A stretch of DNA of 20,000 nucleotides from Xylographa opegraphella (taxonomy: Eukaryota): positions 53,767-73,766 of the forward strand of contig JALDZX010000078.1 of assembly GCA_022813865.1 (NCBI GenBank), read 5' to 3'. The notes beneath the pieces are model-generated. The model was given only the letters and a program-made list of their open reading frames with translations. It was not told the origin of the DNA and searched no databases. This document shows positions 10,030 to 20,000 of the stretch, piece by piece. The first letter of the stretch is position 1; each line of letters starts with the position of its first letter. A program made the position numbers and the translations under genes.

Positions 10030-10244
10030 GGTTCTCGACAGGAAATAGAGATTCCTCGAGGACGAAGTGTAGAAACTACGTTCAATAGCAAGCACTCGAG
10101 CAATACGTGACCGAAAGCCAATCACAACGTTGATCATGGAGAACGGCGGCGGCACACATAAATAGGCGGAAATCACGATGTCAGCGTTTGAATAAACACC
10201 TGGCGCGGCGATGACGCGGGGCACATTTCGACGTCGATGCACGA

Positions 10245-10267
10245 TGCTGAATCATCATGATTCAGCA
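10245..10267. promoter_or_regulatory. Perfect 11-bp inverted repeat TGCTGAATCAT-C-ATGATTCAGCA (two TGAWTCA bZIP-like sites) upstream of the GST gene
   Basis: The palindrome is read directly from the sequence, about 110 nt upstream of GST AUG 10137. A regulatory role is inferred. Confidence 0.45.
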
Positions 10268-10409
10268 CTTTACATCCACAATCTACCCGAAAGCAGCTTG
10301 GATTTGATAACGGATTTTGGAAGGCCTTATGTACAAACGTAGAAGTTCATCGCCATCGTTAGCGTATTGCGACACAACCTGACACACATAAGATGACTCT
10401 AATTGAGCT

Positions 10410-11771
10410 CTAGATCGTGGCAGCATGAGGTGCAAATCCAATAGTTGCATCCCCATTATTAAACACAACGAATTGCGATTTGAACATAATATCTCCAAGA
10501 ATCTGGACGTTACCGCCCTGGTTCCATTGCATGGAGCCAAAGCACACTGGCAAGGGGAAAATTGTCAGCTAGCACTCGGTACGCACGCAGCAATCAAGAG
10601 ATACGGACCATTATTGCCCACCGTGGCAAACCTCATCAGATCGCCGGAGAGAGTAGCCATGTATGATGGGCCCAGTGCTAGGTGTAGATCTGGAAGGGCC
10701 GCGTCGCAGGGGAAGGTGATCCCGCCCTGGTTCTCGTCGAACTGAGCACCTTCCACGTGCGAGTAATAGCCTTGAATGACAGGGTCATCAACCAGCAGAA
10801 GTGAAGTGCCAGTGTCGGCGATTGCAGGATTGCCTTCTGTGTTCTGTTGAACCTGTCCATTTCCCACCGAGAAGCGGTTGGAAGAGAATTGCCAGAAGCC
10901 GGTACTGGTGTCGATGGGAGTGTAGTTGATACTGCCAGTGTACTGCGTTGTGTCGATCTTGCCGAATTCGTAGAAACCTGTGGCGTTATGCTTGAGGTTC
11001 GCAGTGAAGACAGGCAGCGCGAGAGATCCACGAATGTTGTCGAAGAACGTCATTTGCTGATTAGGCTTCACGGTATTGAGACTGCTCATCGCAAGTCCTA
11101 GAAGGCCGTTCGAGGAGAAATCGCTTACGAACCCTCCTGACACTGCTGTGGGGAGTTCGACCGCCTGAGAAGTAACCGTAGCACCACCAATGTTGACCGT
11201 ATCCGCTCCTACAACACCCGCGGACATAGAGCCGTCGCCGTATGAGATGCTGTATGACTCTCCCTTCAGAAGTTTGAAAGTGGATGATTTCTTGGGATCA
11301 AATGTACTGTGTTTTTGGATTTCCGCAGCGGAGAGCTGGGTATTGAAAACCCACCTGCAAGAAAAGTTGTCAGTCACCGAAGGTAATAAGGAGAGTATCT
11401 AGCGACGGTATTTACAGGTCGGAAGATCCAGTGTCGAAGTCCACCATCAAGGTCTGGCCCCCGACACTGATAGGCGCAAGGAACTCGACATCACCCTGAG
11501 TAGACTGATTCGTGACCTCTCCAGCCTCTCCGGACCCAGTATTCAATGCAGTGGTAGCTTCCACGGCGTTAGAAGCCGTTAATACGGCAGGTAAGGACAT
11601 TCCCCATTTCGAGTATGATTTAGTCAGCGCCCTTTGAGCATTTCGGATCTTCACGCCTTGCTGAATACGTTCAACCTTAAAGCTACGAGGTTGAAGCTTG
11701 GTGGGAGCTGCTGATGTCGCTTCAAAGAGGAGGAGAGCTGCAAAGCCGACTAGGCTGAAAAAGGAATACAT
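10410..11771 (-). CDS. Secreted pepsin-family (A1) aspartic protease, aspergillopepsin/endothiapepsin-like; exons 11771-11416, 11354-10609, 10546-10410 (412 aa)
   Basis: Signal peptide MYSFFSLVGFAALLL; both catalytic motifs (DFDTGSSDLWV, IADTGTSLLL); flap ISYGDGS; spliced C-terminus CFGSMQ...ILGDIMFKSQFVVF...IGFA. Introns are 11415-11355 and 10608-10547. Confidence 0.95.
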
Positions 11772-12302
11772 GTTTCGATGGTAGAGAGCCGACTGCCAGT
11801 CGCAAAATAATACAAGACCACGACAAGTGGGTACCGTATCAAGCGTGCAACGAAATTGAACAACGACGAAGTGAACGTCGGTCAGTTATTAATGAGCGCA
11901 GCGAAATTAGCTAAGGCATGAAGAAGCTATTCACAAGAACGTGGGATGAGCTATGAATGATATGACAAAAGAGTGAATGATATGAGTCAACCCGAGACTT
12001 CACCTCTGAATGGACCTTGAAAGGTGCATGCTCGTCACTTATCAACAACCGGGTAGTATGATGCACCATTCATCAAGAGGATGGAGATGCCGCCTCCACC
12101 GATGTACCTTCATCTGTTTCAGCGACGCCCTCCCTGCCTTCCTGGCTCGCTGCCTCGACTCCGGATCCGATCAAGCACGGAATCGTGGGGAGCGCGGTGC
12201 GCGAATCATTGGAGACCCTCGCGCGTGGTTTGCACGCATCCGCTGCACTGTTGGGGGGTGCACGATCACGGGACCGAGCAAGGCGAAGGTTCCAGCGACG
12301 AA

Positions 12303-12334
12303 GTGTAGTGGTGTAGTGGTGTAATGGTGTAGTG
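12303..12334. repeat. Tandem repeat (GTGTAGTG)x4, one variant copy
   Basis: The sequence reads GTGTAGTG GTGTAGTG GTGTAATG GTGTAGTG. Confidence 0.85.
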
Positions 12335-13073
12335 AAAGCATGAACGGCCGGTTATTCTTATCCTGGGAACGGTGAAACAAAACGCGGATCGCCAAAACAC
12401 AAACAATGCCCCTTCTCCACCAATCGATCAGCGCATCGCGAGCCGCCGCCAAGGAGAACATGCTACCTCCGTCCCCGCCCACGCAAGGGGTGCAGAGTGG
12501 AGCTTCTCGTTACTGGTCACGCCCCTGGATCATCTACAGATCTGCACCCCGGCAGCACGACGGAGGCAACGTCGATCAAACGTCCTGGAACATCAGGAAC
12601 AAGGCGTCTATGACCTATCATCATACTGCATTGATGACAGCCGACACATCGATCAGTTGTTCCTCGCTTTATCCGACCTATCCGACCAATCCTCCCTTTG
12701 CAGCTAACCTATACTGCCGTCTCTTTCCCCTACACCCTCTGTAGAACCTCATGTTTGTGTATTTGTACGACTTGTCGTTCCTAATGGTCATGGCAAGCAT
12801 CACAATTTCGTCCCGTCCTTTGTTTTGGATGCTCGTGGTCTTGACATCGGAGGCAGCGTGTGACGACTGCTTTCAAGCTCTCCCGAGAAAGCACACTGAT
12901 CAGCATTAGGACTGATGTACAACTGCTGCGACGCTGTCCGTGGCCCGACACGCCGAACATTATGGAGCTACTCTAGGATAAGGATACCCTTCAAACGGCT
13001 TTCGCTCGATCATGATGAGCGGAGTTAGGAGGAGGGGAAGATGACTTGCTCGGAGACGTCTATCAGGATGGCC

Positions 13074-14964
13074 CTACAGGATATACACGAAACGCTCCCG
13101 TTCGACCTCTCCATCGCTTGCCATCGCAAGCTCCTCCTCCTCCTCCTCCTCCTCCACCCCCTTAATTCGACTGTATTCAATCCTCGACTTGACGTTTTCT
13201 CGTACCAGCATCGCGCGGAGGATCCAAGAGAGGACGAAAACCAAGAACATGAAGCCTGCGCACACCGACATCCCCTTGACGTAGTACGGCTTGTCGCTAT
13301 CTGGATATAACCGTGTGCCAAGTAGTGGCCCCAGTTGCCCGATAATGTTCAGCATCACCATGCCTGTACCTTTTCTCGAATCCGATTCCTGGTTGTTGAT
13401 CGTCCATGTAATGATGATTGTAATGGCCGAGAAGAAGCCTGCTGATGCCGCATACACGCCTGCGTACCTCCATCCAGCTCCGGCTCTTTGCCAGCCAGCA
13501 ACAGCGATGACAATGTAGCCGGTGGTTCCCAGGATAGCGCTTAGGCAGACGTAAAAGCTCCTACTGCGGTGTTGGTCTGACAGGTAAGCGATCAGGAGCA
13601 CAACGAAGAAGGAAAAGAGATAAGGTGGCGCCGAGAGGGCTTGTGACTTCAAAGCGGTGTAGCCCATCCTTCCCATGCATTAGCCCCAGGCATGTAATTC
13701 GGAGCAGCTCCCTTACTTACTCCTCTAAAATTGTAGGTAGAAATGGCGGCAAGCTAGAAAATGCTACGTTGCAACTAAAGAACATTGCCTGTTATGGTTT
13801 TAGCCGTTTGGATCACACCAGCGGGTTGATTTCTCACAGCAGTAATGTAACATTTGGGGTCGGCCAAGGTTTGGAAAATCTCCTTCATATTGAGACCGGA
13901 CGCCTCAGATGATGCCTGCTTCGTATATTCCTCCTTTCTCAACCTCAGCCGGGCCACCTTCTTCTGTCGCTCAGTCAAGAACTTAGCCGAACCAGGGCTA
14001 TCAGGCATATGATACCATGTAAATACTGCCACAATCATGCTTGGAAATCCCTCAACCAAAAACAGTAGTCGCCACGCAGCAATCGGAACTTTCATGGCGA
14101 CTTTTGTGATAAGCCATGCTAGACTACTGGCAAACGAGGTCGCGAGTGGTGCTGCAGAGATAAATAGACCGGTACGCAGGGCCAGCTCTTCTGGCTTGTA
14201 AAAAAACGAAAGATAGAAAGGTACACCAGGCCCGAAAGCTGCCTCGCCGACACCGAGGAGGGCGCGAAGCACTAGCATCGAAGTAAACGAGTCCGCAACC
14301 GATTGTAGGGATGCTACCAGGCCCCAGGACGCAACGCATAGAGCTATATATATGTGCGGAGGGACTACGCGGTACAATATTGTCATCCACTCGAAGAGGA
14401 TGTAAGTAATGTAAAATGCCGTCAGAAGCCATTCGTACTGTGAAGTGCTGAGCTGCAAATCCTCAGATAAACCAGCAATCTTCGCATTCCCAATATCTGA
14501 GACCGTTAAGCCTCGAGTTCGAGTGCCTCAGGAGAATTTTACATACTCGACCGATCCAGGAAGCTTAACATATACAATATAGCCACGAAAAGTACAATGC
14601 GTCTATCGAACTTCTTCAAGACATACAATTCCTCGTCTGGTGTGTAGAGCATGAAGCTTTCCTTCTTTCCATTGCCTTGCCGTGGTGCTTCCTCGCCAAA
14701 GGCTTTGCTATCCTCAATGACACGGTCCGTGGGCGGTTTGACTCGATTGATAGAGTGACGCTGCAGTGGAGCAATGGTCTTGAGCTCAAAAGTGCGATCG
14801 AGATCTTCACGGCCACTGGGAGACTCCATCTCGTGATTTGAATCCGAAGTGGTTTCTGGGGTCAACGGGTCTGCCTGCGACGATCCATCGCTTTTGGGGC
14901 TTTGATGGGAAGACGGCGACCGACGCCCACGTGTCAGCTTGTGAGGTTTACAACTCGCCGCCAT
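13074..14964 (-). CDS. MFS permease, anion:cation symporter family (Dal5/Tna1-like); exons 14964-14547, 14496-13838, 13788-13721, 13668-13074 (579 aa)
   Basis: Motifs KKFDRRIV, LSFLDRSNIGNAKIAGL, RALLGVGEAAFGPG, FYKPEELALR, WRLLFLVEG, PDSP..AKFLT, SAPPY and WTINN. Introns are 14546-14497, 13837-13789 and 13720-13669. The spliced length of 1740 nt is in frame. The substrate cannot be determined. Confidence 0.93.
13131..13155. repeat. (CTC)8 microsatellite encoding a poly-Glu run in the MFS C-terminal tail
   Basis: CTCCTCCTC... on the plus strand; the minus-strand frame reads GVEEEEEEEELA. Confidence 0.9.
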
Positions 14965-15677
14965 GTGATTGTGTCTGATCTTTAAGTATAGGGTACATCA
15001 TTAGGTAGTTTAGTTCCATATATGCTGGATAAAAGCGTGCTGATTGTGTTACTGCAGCGCAGCTGCTCTAAGCTGGAAGGGGTTCAAAAGCTGGTGTTCG
15101 GGTGATACAGTGGTTTCCGCTCTAAAGGGTGGCTTTTCCATTCGAGGTTTAGACTCCTTAGGCAACATCACTTGCACGCACGAAAATGTCTCACGATGGA
15201 ACTTATTATTGTTGTAGTCAGTAAGGAACCATCTACTGAGAGCCAAGGTGGTGGTAAGAGGTCGGCTGCAGAATCTTACAGAGCCTGGCGAGACCCCTAA
15301 TCCTGACATTCAGGATTATTGCCAGCTAAAAGTGTTTCGCGGGGATGCACAATAGTGGATTGATACAGGAGCACGTAACCGGGGTAATTGTTTACCTCGT
15401 TGACCGGCAAGAGACATGCACAGAGCCATAAAGTCTACGACTCCACACGCATTTTTCTGTACTTTCCATCCGCATATGTCCTGGCACAAGGATTCATGCC
15501 TGTGATTAGAGCACTTTTCACAGACCAGGTGCCTAAACAGACATGCCACAAAATTCTCCACCTATGTAAGCTGCCACTGTGATCCCTCAGATAGATTCAG
15601 GGTCAAAACCTCCGAATAACCCAACCCATTATCACTACTTAACACTCCTCCATCTCTCGATTTGCTGGGTCGTCGTC

Positions 15678-15947
15678 TTAGTTTTGAGTCCCTCGAGCTG
15701 AGCTCAAATCCGATGCAACCTCGCGCCCATGTTCAAGCTCTTGCCGTAGACGCCTGAACCGTTGTTGTGCAGATTTTTCCGGAAGATTGGTAGCCGCGCT
15801 AACCTTGATGAAGTCAATCTGCATTAACATCATTAACGGAAATGAAAGTGCTGTACAATCCATGATCCTTACACTCTTGTAGTCCGAGTTTTTCAGCCAT
15901 AGGTATAGGAAGTTTAACGACTCCTCCACCGAAATCTTGCGAGGCAT
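15678..15947 (-). CDS. Small fungal Myb-like/helix-turn-helix domain protein; exons 15947-15873 and 15818-15678 (71 aa)
   Basis: In-frame 54-nt intron 15872-15819 (GTAAGG..GTTAAT..CAG). The spliced product MPRKISVEESLNFLYLWLKNSDYKSIDFIKVSAATNLPEKSAQQRFRRLRQELE... fits the FL..LK....IDF..V......A..RF.RL pattern of fungal Myb-like domains. Confidence 0.7.
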   Translation of the reverse strand: MPRKISVEESLNFLYLWLKNSDYKSVRIMDCTALSFPLMMLMQIDFIKVSAATNLPEKSAQQRFRRLRQELEHGREVASDLSSARGTQN

Positions 15948-16409
15948 GTAGGCTCCAAGGTTTATCGGAGAGAGATGCTGGTCTCAGTAACTTGAAATTG
16001 CGAGTAATGACACTTTCAGCTGATATTACCTAGGTTTGGAACCAGACCAGAGCTGAAGATGGCGAGCTCCAGATGTACCTGATGAGTGGCAAATCGAAAC
16101 TTACCGTGATCAACCAGGTAGCATGATGTTATCAGTAGACGTACACCATCAAAATGAATAACGAACATGGTCGAGAAGCCGCATTAACTTGAACTGCAAT
16201 ATCACAGACAAACATGGATTATGTATCCACCAAACCCATTGGTCCCCTGTGTGACACTCAGCTTGGGAGCCAGTATTTGCGACAATAGAGATCCAAGTTG
16301 GCTCAGTCCGCTCTGTACAATGTGGAGGAGCCCTTCTTGCTGATGCATCATGACCAGAAGACAAGTCGGAGATGTACATCAGAGCTAGCAAACATTGTGA
16401 ACGTGGCAT

Positions 16410-17435
16410 TTAAGTCATGATTTTCTGTTGTGCCAATCTATGCTCTGCTGGCTCTTTGGTGGCCTCAACGAGAACGTGCCGTGCCGCAATGGCAGCTTGT
16501 ACAGCACCGTCGATAAGACGAGTGATGCTATTTTGTTCATCTGACAAGGCTCCAAACGAGTGAGGTATTCCTCCGTTCATCCATAGTTCCGTAATCTCGT
16601 CCCGTGATTGGAGATAACTAACAATACATGAAGCCAAGATTTCTCTATGTTCCCAAAAGTTTGGATCCAGGATAACTTGTAAACCTTGATCACTTTCGCC
16701 AGGTCCAAGGGTCTTGTTTACAATTGCTGCCACACCTCCTGCTACTATGTCGATACAATCCAGTCCAGCATCAACGATTGCCGCGGACGCAACATTGATA
16801 CAGCCAGCAAGGATTGACATCATACCAGAGGCAGCAGTTATATGGGGTGCATCATCCGAACGGATTGAGTTCTCGTGCCACCAGTAATCCTCTTCGCCTT
16901 CCAAAATCGTTACAATGATTTCCACCCCACTTTTGGGCCATCTATCTCCGACAATGGCGCCTCTCAGCGCAGTCTCCAAATGAACTGCGAGATCTTTCTC
17001 GCTAGTTTCCCTCAAATAGCCTCGACGGCCTTTTGGAGCGAATGGTGCGAACTTTACGTGGGTAGAGAGTAGAATATTTGGTGCGAAAGGCGCTGTGCGT
17101 GGAAGTGGACGTGGGCCATGAACAGTACATGTCAACTTTAAGGGAGATGGAGAAAGGCTGAACAAGGATTTTTTCCTGGGTAGAGCTGAAGGTTGCTCAA
17201 TCTCTAGATAGGCTGAGCCGGATGCAGATGGGGTGAGTCCAGTTTTGAGAACTGTGCAGGAATTAAGTCAACAACGAGTCTCGGAGCAGCTCGGGACAAA
17301 AAACTACTCACATATTCTCTGCAGATTTGCTGTGGTCCTTGAAAGAGACGGTGAGGTGTTGGAGGTTGATAAGTTAGAGAGAAGTGGTGGTGCAGTCCCA
17401 CCAGTTGGGCCACTGATACGTCTTCTGTCAGTCAT
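16410..17435 (-). CDS. MTR3: RNA exosome core RNase-PH-like subunit Mtr3 (EXOSC6); exons 17435-17312 and 17251-16410 (321 aa)
   Basis: The N-terminus is MTDRRRISGP.GGT.PP, followed by FLKTGLTPSASGSAYLE, KLTCTVHGPRPL, VKFAPFA, WPKSGVEIIVTILE and ASAAIVDAGLDC. The intron is 17311-17252 (GTGAGT..CAG). Confidence 0.9.
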
Positions 17436-19140
17436 GCCGAACTGACCAAGATCGACTCTTGACGTATTGAGAAACTACGATTGCCGTTTGCTCAATATGA
17501 AAATATGGTCGGGGCCGGAGGTTAATTTACCGCGCTAAAGGATCACAATACAGCTTCGTTAGCTCCAAAAAAAATTCATTTTCTCCAGATTTCATATCTC
17601 CCTATTCCTGTCAATTGATGGACACAACTGAAAGCTCTACGGAACACAACGCTAGATCTACGTTTTTTTGCCCAGACAACGCTCGGTCGGAAATCGAAGA
17701 GCACACTATTGCATATTTACTCTCTAATATATTACAAAGCGGTCGAACCGTCAGGGATGGACATTCCAAATGCAAGCCTCTTAATAGTAAGTCATTTTAG
17801 ACCAGGTGCAGGTAGAATTTATACCAGGTACGTTACTTTGCGTTTCTACTCATTGCCATTCAATCATATGAGGAAATCTATTACACACCAGTTCTGGTTA
17901 TTTTCCATGCGCCATCGAACAACATGCACTACCATCTGAATCATTTCCCCCATATCTTTAGCATGCCGAATGTATGGACTTTGGACCGGAAGCTAACTCT
18001 TTGTCAGATATACACCGGAGTGATGGTCTCTCAAAAACTGTATGTGAAACTCCATGTTCGCACTTGTCTGGGCCAGCTTTTCCACAATGATGAAACCCAT
18101 TTTATCAGTTCTGCTTCTGAACTTATCTGTTGATACCCAATACCAAAATGCATTCATTCTGATATCAACGCTCAATTCCAATATCTCATCCTCCTTTAAG
18201 CCTAAGAACAGCCGCTTACATCATCAGTTTATCAGGTTTCACATAAACCCGTCTACCCGGATGGATTCCTGGAGTGTCTATTTATCCACATTTTCACCAC
18301 TAGGACTGGTGCTCTCGGAAGGTAGGAGAGGGTCTCGAACGCGGAAAGCCGTCGGTTTAGTAAGGTAATGATCCCACTTGTGCTTGTTACGTCCGTGCTA
18401 GGATGACAAAAGTCTATCCATTCCATGAAGTCATTCACTGCCGAGCCAACCTCCCGCACCAGACCGGGCTTTCAAGCCATGGGATGATCGGTTGTGGAGT
18501 CTTATTACTGTTGTCACAGATTGTAACATGGTTCTTGAGCCTCACATGCACGCAGGTCGTGCTGGCCAGCGTGTATTCGAGGCCGGTAGTCTTTGCATGA
18601 ATACGTTGGCTTGTCTGAGCACAAAATCCGGTTACGAGCGGTGCGCAATTATCGCCTAATCGTACATGCTAACGAGTGTTTATCATTCATTAGGTCTTCA
18701 ATTTCTATCACGCCACTAACTTAGATGTGAGGGAGTCTTTACAACGAAATATTGGTTTTCAGTTAATCAGTCGCATCATCTCATTTGGTTTATCACGTTG
18801 GTAAATCAGATGAGCAGCATAGTAATCTTCGAGACTTTATTGTTAATAATTGAATGCGAGGATTAATGACACCGGGTTACTCTTTTCGCCCTAGGCAAAT
18901 ATACTAGCTTAACTTAAACATAAAGAAAGCTATGGTATCTCTAGGCGATTTTTCCGGAGGGCACATTTGAATATTAAGGTAATCGACCTTCGCAACGACT
19001 ACAAACCATGTATTTAAACATTAATTACCTCTTCAATACTTGACAAAAAAATATTATAGCAGATTGTTCAAGTTTTAGCGTACGTATAATTTCAGCTATT
19101 CAGTAATTTCAGATATTTAATAGGGAAAAAGAACCCTATT

Positions 19141-19451
19141 TTCAAAACTTAAAGAACCGAATACCTTTACCTTTTCAAAAAGAAACAATACCACGCGTTA
19201 AAAAGCTAAACGGTTAAATTACTTAAGGTGGGTTAATTGGTCAAGGTCGAGCGCAGCGAGTTAAGGATTCAGGGTTAAAAATATATTTGATGTGTGTATT
19301 GCGCTCGTATATGTATTGCGCTCGTATATGTATTGCGCTCGTATATGTACTGCGCTCGTATATGTATTGCGCTCGTATATGTATTGCGCTGTGTGCTGAC
19401 ATCCGGTTCTTTTTCGAAAGGTAAGGGGCATTCGGTTCTATAAGTTTTGAA
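19141..19451. mobile_element. Fold-back / MITE-like non-autonomous element: inverted repeats 19141-19184 and 19407-19451 around a 222-nt spacer; true ends uncertain
   Basis: The left arm is TTCAAAACTTAAAGAACCGAATACCTTTACCTTTTCAAAAAGAA. The reverse complement of the right arm is TTCAAAACTTATAGAACCGAATGCCCCTTACCTTTCGAAAAAGAA. A manual alignment gives 39/45 identical positions. There is no transposase ORF and no clear target-site duplication. Confidence 0.55.
19296..19390. repeat. Minisatellite, 17-bp unit GTATTGCGCTCGTATAT, 5 full copies plus 10 nt
   Basis: Units start at 19296, 19313, 19330, 19347 (one T>C change), 19364 and 19381 (partial). Confidence 0.97.
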
Positions 19452-19529
19452 TACAAGGTATATGATTCTTTTACTTTATTTAATATTCTCAGTTATTTAA
19501 TCATAAATTTATTTAATAATAAGTTTTTT

Positions 19530-19606
19530 TTCAAAAATATTAAATTTATTCCAAAAATAATATATAATAAATTTATTCAAAAATATTAAATTTATTCCAA
19601 AAATAA
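19530..19606. repeat. 31-bp exact direct repeat TTCAAAAATATTAAATTTATTCCAAAAATAA (19530-19560, 19576-19606)
   Basis: Read directly from the sequence; the period is 46 nt. Confidence 0.85.
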
Positions 19607-20000
19607 AAAATCAATTTAATAATAAATCGAATTTTAATGTTAATTTATCGAAAAATTGAGTTTTCGAGGGGTTGTATAATATTTATTGTGCCCTTCGAAA
19701 TAAACCGCCTGAGTACATGATGAACGATGGATTTAAACAATAAAAAATTTAATAATTCAATTTAAATTATTTTAAAAGTTGAAATGAATGGGTGGAATCA
19801 AAATGGTGAAATCAGTATTTTATTGAATTATCTGTCAAAATGCGTAAGAAAGTTACTTTCTTTTTAAAAAACTTTTTTATATACGATCACGTTAGTTTAA
19901 AAGTAAATTAACGTTTAGACTATTTTTAAATAATATAAAATGTTGAAAATCAGGGCGTTAGCAGTCTGTGTTGTTGGTCCTTTACTATAGCCGATTAGGC

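Larger units (their letters stand above)
18700..20000. other. AT-rich, gene-free block (degenerate repeat / heterochromatin-like), continuing past the window edge
   Basis: GC content drops visibly, most strongly after about 19450, and there are no credible ORFs. The boundary is approximate. Confidence 0.7.

Noticed and set aside
10410..10608. Apparent C-terminal truncation of the aspartic protease in the ORF track
   Set aside because: A 62-nt intron (10608-10547) joins a normal final exon, so the gene is intact.
1..17435. A functional gene cluster (secondary metabolism or a shared pathway)
   Set aside because: The genes are unrelated housekeeping and nutritional functions, with no backbone synthase or coherent pathway.
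19248..19261. CGAGCGCAGCGAGT resembles a ColE1/pBR322 origin-region sequence (vector contamination?)
   Set aside because: The match is only about 14 nt from memory and the flanks do not continue it.
19205..19280. Telomeric repeat remnants
   Set aside because: There are scattered GGGTTA/GGTTAA motifs only, with no tandem TTAGGG array.
19296..19390. CRISPR-like array, or coding ORF 19241-19456
   Set aside because: The repeats are head-to-tail with no spacers in a eukaryotic genome, and the ORF is just a translation of the minisatellite.

Overview
Gene-dense genomic DNA of a filamentous ascomycete (short GT-AG introns with CTRAY-type branch points; Pezizomycotina-type proteins). Gene order: 3' end of a PPR mitochondrial translation factor (Cya5/Pet309-like, +), pyridoxamine 5'-phosphate oxidase (+), secreted GH125-type glycosidase (-), ubiquitin-activating enzyme Uba1 (+), glutathionyl-hydroquinone reductase-type GST (-), A1 aspartic protease (-), ACS-family MFS permease (-), a tiny Myb-like-domain gene (-) and exosome subunit Mtr3 (-). 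From about 18.7 kb the sequence becomes AT-rich and non-coding, and contains a fold-back element (about 45-bp inverted repeats around a 17-bp minisatellite). I assembled exon-intron models by hand, and each gives an intact frame. The most interesting signal is a set of hidden alternative N-termini. UBA1 has an in-frame, AUG-less 5' extension starting at a GTG in strong context that would add a bipartite NLS (MGKRK...HKK). The GST has a weak upstream AUG adding a mitochondrial-type presequence, and PDX3 has two candidate starts. All family calls come from recognised motifs; no database searches were run.
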